DNA of 64,000 nt from Flavobacteriales bacterium (GTDB taxonomy: Bacteria > Bacteroidota > Bacteroidia > Flavobacteriales_D > CALLUQ01), in the NCBI GenBank assembly GCA_963669295.1, contig OY769938.1, forward strand, positions 2,286,394 to 2,350,393. Direction: 5' to 3'. The position numbers were made by a program, and so were the translations under genes. The notes beneath the pieces are model-generated. The model did no database searches, was not told the DNA's origin, and saw only the letters and a program-made list of their open reading frames with translations. Position 1 is the stretch's first letter; every line of letters begins with the position of its first letter. Positions 53,537-62,857 of the stretch are shown in pieces.

Positions 53537-54718
53537 ATGAAACGGACACAAATGCATATTGCAATAGTTGCCTTGATTATTTTTTGCGCTTCATTAAGTC
53601 AACCGTTGTACAGTCAGATTAAGCTTGGGGGAAAACTTAAAGAGAAAGCAAAAGCAGTAAAGGCAAAAGCAGGGGTAAAAAACCCAACAAGTGCTCAAGG
53701 CTCACAAGTAAACCCTAACGCTCTAAACCGAAATAAAGGCTTTAAGGTAGAAGAATTAACCTTGTTGTCTGCTCCTGAAGTTCCACGAGCTGAGTGGTAT
53801 GTAGTAGGAGGGGGAGGCCTTTCAGGGAAGAGTTCCACCATATGGAAATCAACTAATGGGAAGTCCTGGGAAATCGCTTATGACGATCAAGGGTACGAAG
53901 AGTTTTATGACGTTACAGAACACAAAGGGGTAATTTTTGCTGCAGGCGGACATAGAGGTATTGCCTCTTCCAATGGAAAAGATTGGACTACTGTTGATTT
54001 AGGTAAGTTGCGTCAAACGACAAGTGGCCCGGTAGGGTTTGAAATCAAGGGAGTTGCTAGTGGCGATGGCTTTTTCTTGATTTGTGGAACAAAAAGTGGC
54101 ATTGCATATTCGCCCGATCCAGCTGACCCAGGGAAATGGCAATACCTGGAGTTTAGCGGAATGGTGGATGGCAATAAAGGAATGACGCATTTTTATGGCG
54201 CTAATTTCATTGATGGAAGCTTTTATGTGATGGGGAACTTTGGAGGTATACTGGAGCTAAAAAGAAATGGTGGAAAACTGGAAGTAGTGAATAAGCATCA
54301 AACAAGTACAGAAGGCACAAAAACATTAAGTACTGTTGCACGTCATGGAGATATTATGGTAGCATCAGGCCATATTGGGTTTTCCTTGCTTGTAATTAGT
54401 AAGGATGGTGGGAAAACCTGGAATCAAGTGCACGACAATAAGTTTACAGCAAAATCTATTGTTTGGAGCGAAGCATTACAAAAGTTTGTTGCGGCAGGAA
54501 ACTATGGTCAGGTACGGCAGTCGGCCGATGGCGAAAATTGGGAACTGGTTGCTGATGGAAGTATGACTCCTTTTATTGGATTGGCGACTAACTCGAAAGA
54601 AGGAGCTTTTGTAGCGGTAGGTTCTAATGGTAGTAGGTATTCGCCAGATGGAAGCAACTGGGATTTAGAAATTTTTAATTACTCTAAAACCGTACTTGGA
54701 GCTATTTATATCCCTTAA
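53537..54718 (+). CDS. secreted BNR/Asp-box repeat beta-propeller-like protein
   Basis: Start moved to ATG 53537 (signal peptide). Repeated SxDxGxxW-type boxes: STNGKSWE, SSNGKDWT, SKDGGKTWN, SADGENWE, SPDGSNWD. Confidence 0.55.
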   Translation: MKRTQMHIAIVALIIFCASLSQPLYSQIKLGGKLKEKAKAVKAKAGVKNPTSAQGSQVNPNALNRNKGFKVEELTLLSAPEVPRAEWYVVGGGGLSGKSSTIWKSTNGKSWEIAYDDQGYEEFYDVTEHKGVIFAAGGHRGIASSNGKDWTTVDLGKLRQTTSGPVGFEIKGVASGDGFFLICGTKSGIAYSPDPADPGKWQYLEFSGMVDGNKGMTHFYGANFIDGSFYVMGNFGGILELKRNGGKLEVVNKHQTSTEGTKTLSTVARHGDIMVASGHIGFSLLVISKDGGKTWNQVHDNKFTAKSIVWSEALQKFVAAGNYGQVRQSADGENWELVADGSMTPFIGLATNSKEGAFVAVGSNGSRYSPDGSNWDLEIFNYSKTVLGAIYIP

Positions 54719-54986
54719 TCAATAGGTGTTCGCGTACCTGGAAGGTGGGAGAGCAATTGTGTTCTTCCTGCCTTTCTGGTATTTGGCACAAAACATATCA
54801 CCTCAAGAAGTTGAGGGATAATATTGCCCACCCTGTCAAATCAGAGGTGGGTTTGCTTTTTCATCGTGTTGATAAACAGCACATTAAGATTCCTCCCCCC
54901 TGTTTTTCAGAATAAAAAGCTGCTTGTAACTGTCCTTTGATATGATGTGAAAATGCCGTATTTTCACCCTTTAACAGTTCGTTGTT

Positions 54987-56729
54987 ATGATTACACATGC
55001 TGCAGAAAATACGGCTTCCACTTTTACTCCCATCAATACAGGGATACAGCCAAAACTAGAAATAGGAGCACCTAACGATCGTTATGAGAAAGAAGCTGAT
55101 GCGGTAGCTGACCGTGTGGTAATGTCCCCATCTGCTTCACCTGTTCAGCTAATGAGCGATGAGGAGGAAGGCATACAAATGAAACCGCAGCAACAGTTGG
55201 TACAGTTGATGCAAGATGACGAAGAAAAGTTGCAGATGAAATGTGAGGACTGTGAAAAGGAAAAGTTACAGCCAAAATTGATTCAACCTTTTGGAACTGG
55301 AAATGGTGTGGCGTCTAATAATGTGGAGCAAGGGCTTTCTTCATCAAAAGGAGGTGGAACAGCATTGCCTGAGCACCTAAGCCATGAAATGGGCACAAAA
55401 ATAGGAGCAGACTTTAGTGGGGTGCGGATTCATACCGGCAGTAATGCTGTGCAAATGAATCGTGAAATTGGGGCAAAGGCATTTACACATGGCAATGATG
55501 TTTATTTTAACCGGGGTCAATACAACCCTCATTCAAGCAATGGAAAACGATTACTTGCGCATGAGTTAACGCATACTGTGCAACAAGGAGCAGCACCGGC
55601 AGTACAATCGAAGGAACAGCACGCACATACTACATCACCCATACAGCAATTACAGACCATGCGCATTCAACGCGACTGTGATGCTGATGAGGCGATAAGA
55701 TGGTACAGCGAGTCGGCAACAGGTAGAGAAGTGCAGTGGACAAGAGGATTGGTAGATACTCTATTAAGAGTCGTTGGTACAGACCATCAAGCCCTTTACG
55801 ACAGTGCAGTAGCTGAAGGCGAAATTGGTCCCGCATTTGTTGCTCTAGTATGTCAGGCTCAACAAACACTCGGTTTAACAGGCGATGACGTGGATGGGAA
55901 AATTGGGCCAACTACCATTTCCACTTGGGAAAATTGGCGAACAGGAGGAGAGCATGGCATCAATTACAACCGCTTATTTGAAGATGGGAGATTAACAATG
56001 GGTATTGCGGTAGGTCATGAATTTCATAGTACAGAGTTTGTGGCAATTGAGCAACTGCTTGTTACAGAAGGTTTCACTCTTGCCAGCACTACCACTACCA
56101 TGAAAACATATACGGCTACCAGGTCATTTGCAGTGCAAGGAGACAATACTGCACCACCACGAAATATCGATATTGTGATTGACCTGATTTCTGAGCAAAG
56201 CGCAACACCAGCGGATACCTATGGCGAATTTTTAACGGATCGCGAGATTGCTATTTACTCTGGACACGCCAGGTACGGTACGGGCCCTGACTTTGATCCT
56301 AAAAATAGCGTTGCAGAAAACTTTGTTATTGGGGTAAATTCGGCACTTCATGATGCCGGGAGCCTTACCAGTGGCTACGATGCGCACATGAATGAGATCC
56401 TTGAGAACCAAGCCAACGACCTTGAGGCATTAAGTACAGCTGGTGAATTTGACCCAGATACCTACCGCGTATGGTTCTTCAACGCTTGTTCTACCATCAA
56501 TTACCTCGACGAAATTAGAGGTGGACTGGTGCATGATGGTAGTGGCAACAACCTTTCGGATGATAATTTGCGTGTAATGGGAACCAATAGAGCTATTGTT
56601 TCTGATGCAATACCTATTATACAAGGCATTCTTAACATGCAAACCATGCAAGAAATAGTAGATGCAATGGACGCTTATGAAAATGTTAACGCTGGTACAT
56701 CGAATCGTGATTACTATTTCGCAGATTAA
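54987..56729 (+). CDS. DUF4157 zincin-like metallopeptidase domain protein with PG-binding-like and C-terminal caspase-like regions
   Basis: YEKEADAVADRVV, DFSGVRIHTGSNA, HELTH at 55560-55574 (HExxH). LGLTGDDVDGKIGPTT is PG_binding_1-like. C-terminal IAIYSGHARYGTG and VWFFNACSTINY form a possible His/Cys dyad. Confidence 0.7.
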   Translation: MITHAAENTASTFTPINTGIQPKLEIGAPNDRYEKEADAVADRVVMSPSASPVQLMSDEEEGIQMKPQQQLVQLMQDDEEKLQMKCEDCEKEKLQPKLIQPFGTGNGVASNNVEQGLSSSKGGGTALPEHLSHEMGTKIGADFSGVRIHTGSNAVQMNREIGAKAFTHGNDVYFNRGQYNPHSSNGKRLLAHELTHTVQQGAAPAVQSKEQHAHTTSPIQQLQTMRIQRDCDADEAIRWYSESATGREVQWTRGLVDTLLRVVGTDHQALYDSAVAEGEIGPAFVALVCQAQQTLGLTGDDVDGKIGPTTISTWENWRTGGEHGINYNRLFEDGRLTMGIAVGHEFHSTEFVAIEQLLVTEGFTLASTTTTMKTYTATRSFAVQGDNTAPPRNIDIVIDLISEQSATPADTYGEFLTDREIAIYSGHARYGTGPDFDPKNSVAENFVIGVNSALHDAGSLTSGYDAHMNEILENQANDLEALSTAGEFDPDTYRVWFFNACSTINYLDEIRGGLVHDGSGNNLSDDNLRVMGTNRAIVSDAIPIIQGILNMQTMQEIVDAMDAYENVNAGTSNRDYYFAD

Positions 56730-56909
56730 GTTGAGCTTAGCGAAGCACACTTAAATATATACTAACAATAATTTGCCTCTTTATTCCTCACCCCTACAGA
56801 GCAGTTACATCTTGTAATACGTTTGTTAATAACACTTTGAAATGACGAAAGTTGCATTTAAAGTGCTTTGGGTCATATCACTACCGGTTTTTTGCTTAGA
56901 TTTATCATT

Positions 56910-57212
56910 GTGAAAGACATATCTCCCCCCCTAAGAGCAAACGCCTTCTGCTTGTTATTATTGATGATGGGGACTATGTTGAGCGCCTTTTATACCACCG
57001 TTACCGAAGATATTGTTGTTGAACTATGTCAGACTTCGGAGGAAGATTGCGAACCTGAGGAAGAAAGGGATGAAATAGAAGAGTTCATTTTCATCAACGA
57101 AACAACATTAGCAACTGCATCACCCAATAGCTTGTTTCATCGCGACAATAACAAGCTACTATTTCCTACTTGCATGGAAGTTTACACCCCCCCTCCTGAA
57201 TTGAGCATGTAA
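56910..57212 (+). CDS. doubtful small membrane-anchored acidic protein
   Basis: ORF in a 575-bp gap. Only GTG/TTG starts are available. One hydrophobic segment (FCLLLLMMGTMLSAFY), then an acidic tail. No other support. Confidence 0.2.
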   Translation: MKDISPPLRANAFCLLLLMMGTMLSAFYTTVTEDIVVELCQTSEEDCEPEEERDEIEEFIFINETTLATASPNSLFHRDNNKLLFPTCMEVYTPPPELSM

Positions 57213-57305
57213 TACTTATTGGGTAATTCCGAGAAACCTTCAAGATCAACTAACTATGCAAATGTTCTGTTATAGCGCCAGAATAGCATTTGTAAAACAG
57301 AACGC

Positions 57306-59189
57306 ATGAAGAAATTGTTCAATTTCAAACATTTTAGAGGTGATCTTTTTGGAGGGATTACTGCAGGGATAGTAGCGTTGCCATTAGCACTTGCTTTTGG
57401 TGAACAATCGGGACTTGGTGCGGCAGCCGGACTTTATGGAGCAGCATTTATTGCATTTTTTGCAGCACTGTTTGGGGGAACCCCAACTCAAATAAGTGGG
57501 CCAACAGCACCAATGACTGCTCTTAGTATGGTAGTGATTGCTGGACTGTTACAAGTGTCGGAAGGAAGGATGGAGCAAGCATTGCCCATGATTTTAATGG
57601 TCTTCTTTTTAGCCGGTATTTTTCAAATTCTTCTTGGAGTCATAAAGTTAGGCACTTATATCAAGTATATCCCATATACTGTAGTTTCTGGCTTTATGAC
57701 TGGAATTGGAGTCATTATTCTCATTACGCAACTGTTGCCAGCTGTGGGTTATTACTCTGGCCAGGATGAGGAGGTTATAGAACATTTTAAACCTCATGCA
57801 GAGGAGTTGATTCTCGATCGCATTTTAATGGAGGAAGCCGAGGGTGGGATGTTGGTATTGGAAGATTTTAAAGAAACGATTAATCGGGCAGAAAAGATTA
57901 CAGAAGATGATATCATGTTGGAAGCGACACTATTGGCTGCTAATGATGCGAAAGGTGTTAATGGTTCGCTGAAGTATTATTTAAAGGCTCTTCAAAACAT
58001 CAATTGGCTAGAGTTAATTTTGGCCCTATCTACGATAGTTATCATTTATGGGTTTAAGCGAATAACGAAAGCAGTCCCCAGTACGCTAGTGGCCTTGTTA
58101 GTGGTATCTGGAGCGGCTTATTATATGGAGCTTGATTACGCTCAAATTCAAGAGATACCGGCTGGTTATCCGGTTTTTCATTACGAAGTATTTACAAATG
58201 TTGACCTTGGAGAAGTTGCACCATACTTGTTTACTGCACTGTTGTTAGCGATGCTAGGTGCGATCGATTCTTTGCTTACATCCATTGTAGCGGATAACCT
58301 TACCAAGACCCAACATCGCTCTAATCGTGAATTAATTGGCCAGGGTTTTGGTAATAGTATTGCAGCTTTGTTCAATGGTTTGCCTGGTGCAGGGGCTACC
58401 ATTCGTACTGTAGTAAACATTCAAGCCGGAGGTAAAACTAAGCTTTCAGGAATGATTGCGGGCTTGTTGCTGTTCGCCATCTTGTTACTGTTGGGGCCTG
58501 TTGCGTCAAAAATACCTGCGGCAGTATTGGCTGGAATCTTAATTACCGTTGGTATTGGAGTAATGGATTACAAAGGGCTCAGGGCATTGCCTCGAATGGA
58601 GCTTTCAGAGAAAGTAATTCTTCTTACCGTATTGGGAGTCACTGTGTTTTACGACCTTGTGTTTGCCGTTGGGCTGGGGTTGGTATTTGCAGCCATTGTT
58701 TTTCTAAAACGCATGAGCGACATTTCTTCCAGCCGTACCGTTATTCAAGATTTAAGCATTCATGATGATGAACCATTGTGGGAGGATGAAATTTCAATTG
58801 TACAAGAGGTTCGGGAAAAAGTAATTTTCAAACATCTCGATGGCCCAATGTTTTTTGGTACAGTAAGTAATTTTAGAGATACTGTGGCAGGGCTACCTGA
58901 TATACATATGTTGGTTATTCGTTTGGAGAATGTACCCTTCATCGATCAATCTGGGGTTTATGCATTGGAATCGGCCATTGAAGACCTACATGGTCAAGAA
59001 GTAGTAGTGGCCTTATGTGGTGCAAATACCCAGGTTGGAGATATGTTGCGTAAGATGAAGCTTGTTCCGCAGATGGTATCAGAAAGGCATGTGTTTAATA
59101 CCTTTGAAGATTGTCGCTTGTGGTTGCGAGAAGTATTAAGGCAAGAAGAAGGGATTGATTCAGAGTTGAAATTGCTATTGGCAGAGTAA
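57306..59189 (+). CDS. SulP family inorganic anion transporter with C-terminal STAS domain
   Basis: FRGDLFGGITAGIVALPLALAFGEQSGLG, IDSLLTSIVADNLT, STAS-like VIFKHLDGPMFFGTVSNF...FIDQSGVYALE. Confidence 0.88.
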   Translation: MKKLFNFKHFRGDLFGGITAGIVALPLALAFGEQSGLGAAAGLYGAAFIAFFAALFGGTPTQISGPTAPMTALSMVVIAGLLQVSEGRMEQALPMILMVFFLAGIFQILLGVIKLGTYIKYIPYTVVSGFMTGIGVIILITQLLPAVGYYSGQDEEVIEHFKPHAEELILDRILMEEAEGGMLVLEDFKETINRAEKITEDDIMLEATLLAANDAKGVNGSLKYYLKALQNINWLELILALSTIVIIYGFKRITKAVPSTLVALLVVSGAAYYMELDYAQIQEIPAGYPVFHYEVFTNVDLGEVAPYLFTALLLAMLGAIDSLLTSIVADNLTKTQHRSNRELIGQGFGNSIAALFNGLPGAGATIRTVVNIQAGGKTKLSGMIAGLLLFAILLLLGPVASKIPAAVLAGILITVGIGVMDYKGLRALPRMELSEKVILLTVLGVTVFYDLVFAVGLGLVFAAIVFLKRMSDISSSRTVIQDLSIHDDEPLWEDEISIVQEVREKVIFKHLDGPMFFGTVSNFRDTVAGLPDIHMLVIRLENVPFIDQSGVYALESAIEDLHGQEVVVALCGANTQVGDMLRKMKLVPQMVSERHVFNTFEDCRLWLREVLRQEEGIDSELKLLLAE

Positions 59190-59295
59190 GCAAATAGTTT
59201 TGTAATAGCTAGTTTTAGTTGGCAACTATTATGTGATGGTTTATATGTACTTTCAAAATTCTCATCATTAAAACTGTATCTTAGGAAACAGCAAC

Positions 59296-60096
59296 ATGAT
59301 GAAATCTCTTTATACCTTATTGGCACTTTGTGTGATGGTTTTAGCCGGAAAAGCACAATCACCTTATGAATTGCGTTGGAATGTTGATGTACCTATGCTA
59401 GTGTTAGGAGGGGGTGGTATGATTGGAGGGGTGCTACTCAAAGATCAGGTGGAACCATTTGCCCTGGAGGAATTAGCGGAGTTAAACGCAAACAACATCA
59501 GTGGCTTCGATCGATCGGCCACCAAAAACTATTCGACAGCGGCAAGTAATACCAGCGACATTTTCTTGTTTGGCTCTGCCGGAATTCCCGTGCTTACTAT
59601 GATGGATGTACATGCAAGAAACGATGCACCAGTAATTGGCATTATGTTAATTGAAACAGCATTAATTGTCAACGGCATTACTGACATCACGAAAGCTGGG
59701 ATAAAACGCTCGCGACCACTGGCTTATAATGTCAATGCTCCACTCGAAAAAAAGTTGGAAACAAATGCCAGGCTTTCTTTCTTTTCGGGGCATACTTCTA
59801 ACACAGCAGCCTATAGTTTTTTTACAGCCAGGGTGTTTTGCGACTACCACCCTAACTCAAAACTAAAACCTTACGTATGGACTGGGGCAGTTGCTATTCC
59901 TGCAGTAACGGGATACTTGCGCTATAAAGCCGGGAAGCACTTTCCCTCAGATGTGATGGCAGGATATACTGCTGGAGCATTGGTGGGATATTTTGTGCCT
60001 CAATTACATAAAGTTGGAGAAGAGAATAATGTTACAATATTGCCGGTTCCTCAACAAGAAGGAATGGGATTTCATTTAAGCATTTCACTTCGTTAA
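59296..60096 (+). CDS. PAP2-family phosphatase
   Basis: KRSRP ... SGHTS ... HFPSDV tripartite PAP2 motif. Signal peptide. Confidence 0.8.
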   Translation: MMKSLYTLLALCVMVLAGKAQSPYELRWNVDVPMLVLGGGGMIGGVLLKDQVEPFALEELAELNANNISGFDRSATKNYSTAASNTSDIFLFGSAGIPVLTMMDVHARNDAPVIGIMLIETALIVNGITDITKAGIKRSRPLAYNVNAPLEKKLETNARLSFFSGHTSNTAAYSFFTARVFCDYHPNSKLKPYVWTGAVAIPAVTGYLRYKAGKHFPSDVMAGYTAGALVGYFVPQLHKVGEENNVTILPVPQQEGMGFHLSISLR

Positions 60097-60138
60097 ATAC
60101 GGTTTTCTTTTTAAGTATTATGCCATATCTTAGGAAGC

Positions 60139-62034
60139 ATGTGGCAGCGAATAGTTTTAATAGCCCTTGTGTTTTTTCATGTAGGACTTCATGCACAAAG
60201 CAATGCCGATAGTTTGCGTGTGCTTGATTATTTGAAGAGAGCAGATGGTTTTTGGAATAAAAACCTTGATTCGCTAAGCTATTATATTCAACAGGCGATT
60301 GCTCTAGCCGACCAACTAAAAGATCAAAGTTTACAACAAAAAACGTATAATGTGCGCGGCCTTATGGAAGAGGAAAATGGGCAGTTGGAAGCAGCTATTG
60401 ATTGGTATGAAAGAGGAGTATCAATTAACCAGGTAGATACTACAAAACCCGGGTTGGGAGTATTGTACTTTAACCTAAGCTCTGCTTATCGAAAAATGGG
60501 TGACTACAACAGGGCCTTGTTGGCTCTTGAAAAAGCTAATGTGATTTTTCAAGGGTTGGAGGATTACAATCGGTTGGCGAAGATCAAAAATTCATTGGCC
60601 ATTATTTATAAAGCACAGAAAGACTATGGTACTGCACTTAAGTACTACAATGAAGCTTTGGATGCACATGAAGTTAATGACGACCCCGAAGGCCAGGTCA
60701 ACGTGTCTATTAATATTGCATTAATACATTTAGCTAGATCGCAGCCCGATGATGCAAAAGAATACGTGGAAGGAGCTTTGAAACTGGCGGATTCTGTTCA
60801 CTATGTAAGAGGGATTGGTTATGCTTATTCTGTACTTTACGACATCTATTTAAACACCTTTGAACTGGCTGAAGCTGAAGTTGCCTTAGATTCAGCATTT
60901 CAAATTTTTGAACGACTAAATATTCCCTATCGAATAGCTGGATTAAAGTTGAAGCAAGGTACGCTTAGTATGAGTCGAAAGCAATTTGAAAATGCGATTG
61001 AGGCATGCAGTGAAACCCTTGTTTTAGCGGAAGAAAACGGGTTCCTTGAAATTGAGAAGTCGGCTTGTGATTGTTTGCAACGTGCTCATTTTAAAAAAGG
61101 AAATTACCAACAAGCCTACAAATTCCAAACACGTCTATACGCAGTTAGGGATAGTTTGTACAACACCAAAATTAAAGTGTCACTAGCTAACTTACAATCA
61201 AAATATGAGGCGGAAAAAAGTAAGCGATTATTGGTGCAGTCAGAGCTTGAGTTGGAAAAAACCATTTCTGAGAAGGAAACAATTGTTGCTAATGCGGAGC
61301 GGCAACGGAAGTACATTTGGATAGCGGTGTTGGGCTGCAGCATTGCTGCAATAGTAGCATTGGCGCTTTGGTTTATGTACGCTCAAAAGAGAAAAACCAA
61401 TAAACACATTGCAGCGCAGCATGAGGTTATAGAGCAGGCACTTAAAGATAAAGAGATGCTGCTGGGAGAGATCCATCATCGCGTAAAGAATAATTTGCAA
61501 TTAGTAAAAAGTATTCTTGATTTACATGCCCGCTCTGTTAACGATGAACCATCCCGTATGGCACTGCTCGAAAGTTTAAATCGGGTGAATGCCATTGCAG
61601 TAGTGCACCATAAACTCTATAGCTCTGAGTCGGTTAGCGAGTTACAGTCAGAGCACTACCTGGTAGAATTGGTACAGGCAGTTAAGAACCTATATACCGT
61701 TCAAAACACTAGTGTGAATGTAGCAGTTGAATCTGACAATTTTGCGCTGAACATTGAAAAGGCAGTCCCATTAGGACTCATCATTACAGAGCTCATTACC
61801 AATAGCTATAAACATGCATTCCCAATTTCAGGGGGACATATATCTGTAGCTTTAACTCACCAAAAAGGCAAAGCTGTAATTACTGTTGCTGATGATGGAG
61901 TAGGGCAAGCTGCTACTCATGAACCTTCATTTGGCACATTGATGATCAAGAGCATGGTGCGGCAGCTAAAAGGAGAGCTACAGGTAATAGTAGAGCAAGG
62001 CACCAAAACAATCATTAATTTTGATTTACAATGA
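60139..62034 (+). CDS. TPR-repeat sensor histidine kinase (HisKA_2-type)
   Basis: TPR-like N-terminal half, one TM (IWIAVLGCSIAAIVALALWFMY), H box EIHHRVKNNLQLV, HATPase blocks (ELITNSYKHAF, DDGVG). Confidence 0.8.
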   Translation: MWQRIVLIALVFFHVGLHAQSNADSLRVLDYLKRADGFWNKNLDSLSYYIQQAIALADQLKDQSLQQKTYNVRGLMEEENGQLEAAIDWYERGVSINQVDTTKPGLGVLYFNLSSAYRKMGDYNRALLALEKANVIFQGLEDYNRLAKIKNSLAIIYKAQKDYGTALKYYNEALDAHEVNDDPEGQVNVSINIALIHLARSQPDDAKEYVEGALKLADSVHYVRGIGYAYSVLYDIYLNTFELAEAEVALDSAFQIFERLNIPYRIAGLKLKQGTLSMSRKQFENAIEACSETLVLAEENGFLEIEKSACDCLQRAHFKKGNYQQAYKFQTRLYAVRDSLYNTKIKVSLANLQSKYEAEKSKRLLVQSELELEKTISEKETIVANAERQRKYIWIAVLGCSIAAIVALALWFMYAQKRKTNKHIAAQHEVIEQALKDKEMLLGEIHHRVKNNLQLVKSILDLHARSVNDEPSRMALLESLNRVNAIAVVHHKLYSSESVSELQSEHYLVELVQAVKNLYTVQNTSVNVAVESDNFALNIEKAVPLGLIITELITNSYKHAFPISGGHISVALTHQKGKAVITVADDGVGQAATHEPSFGTLMIKSMVRQLKGELQVIVEQGTKTIINFDLQ

Positions 62035-62744
62035 GCCAGCCTTACCACATATTGATCGTAGAGGATGAATTGTTGATTGCAGAGCATCTAGCGGCTTGCC
62101 TGGAGGATGATGGCTATGTGGTAGGTGGCATTGCTACTTCTTTTGAAGAAGCCATCGAATTAATTGTTGTACAAACACCAGACCTGGTGTTGCTTGATAT
62201 TAACTTAGAAGGCGATTTAGATGGTATTGACCTGGCAAATGAATTGCGGCACAAATTTCAAATTCCCCACCTTTTTGTTACCTCTAATACCGATGATAGA
62301 ACCATTGCCAGGGCTAAACTTACCAATCCTAAAGGCTACCTTGTAAAACCATTTCAGCCACAAGATCTTCGCCCAGGGATTGAAATTGCTTTGTACAACT
62401 CCAGGCAACGACCTATAGTTGAATCGAAGGAATCAGATTCCTTTTTTATCAAAGAGAAACACGAAATGAAAAGGGTTTTTTACCATGACATTGAGTATGC
62501 TGAGGCAGCAGATAATTATACCATATTACACACTTCTGAAAAAAAATACATGTTGAGTCAAACCCTAAAAGCGGTGGAGCAAAAGTTAATCCCTCATGGT
62601 TTTTTACGCGTGCATCGCTCTTATGTTGCCAACATTCATAAAATTAACTGTGTGCGCCCCACCGAAGTATTAGTCAACCATACACCAGTTCCTACCAGCA
62701 ATAATGCACGACAGGAATTATTGAAATACATCAATACGTTTTAG
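62031..62744 (+). CDS. LytTR-family response regulator
   Basis: REC domain (ILIVEDE...DLVLLDINL...KP), C-terminal LytTR (FLRVHRSYVANIHKI). ATGA overlap with the kinase gene. Confidence 0.88.
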   Translation: MSQPYHILIVEDELLIAEHLAACLEDDGYVVGGIATSFEEAIELIVVQTPDLVLLDINLEGDLDGIDLANELRHKFQIPHLFVTSNTDDRTIARAKLTNPKGYLVKPFQPQDLRPGIEIALYNSRQRPIVESKESDSFFIKEKHEMKRVFYHDIEYAEAADNYTILHTSEKKYMLSQTLKAVEQKLIPHGFLRVHRSYVANIHKINCVRPTEVLVNHTPVPTSNNARQELLKYINTF

Positions 62745-62857
62745 TTCACTCAAAAAAACAACTCTTTCCCTCAAAAAATGCCCCTGTTCACCCCTATTAT
62801 TTCGTGACTTCAACCAGATCTGTGAGTTTTGTGTTTCAACCATTAAAAATAGAAGTC

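Noticed and set aside
56868-56909. The full-length 114-aa ORF 56868-57212 upstream of SulP taken as a real gene, and alternatively the 575-bp gap taken as a riboswitch.
   Set aside because: The ORF has no ATG start and no motif. It is retained only as a 0.2-confidence feature from GTG 56910. I could not recognise any known riboswitch consensus in the gap by eye, so a covariance-model scan would be needed.
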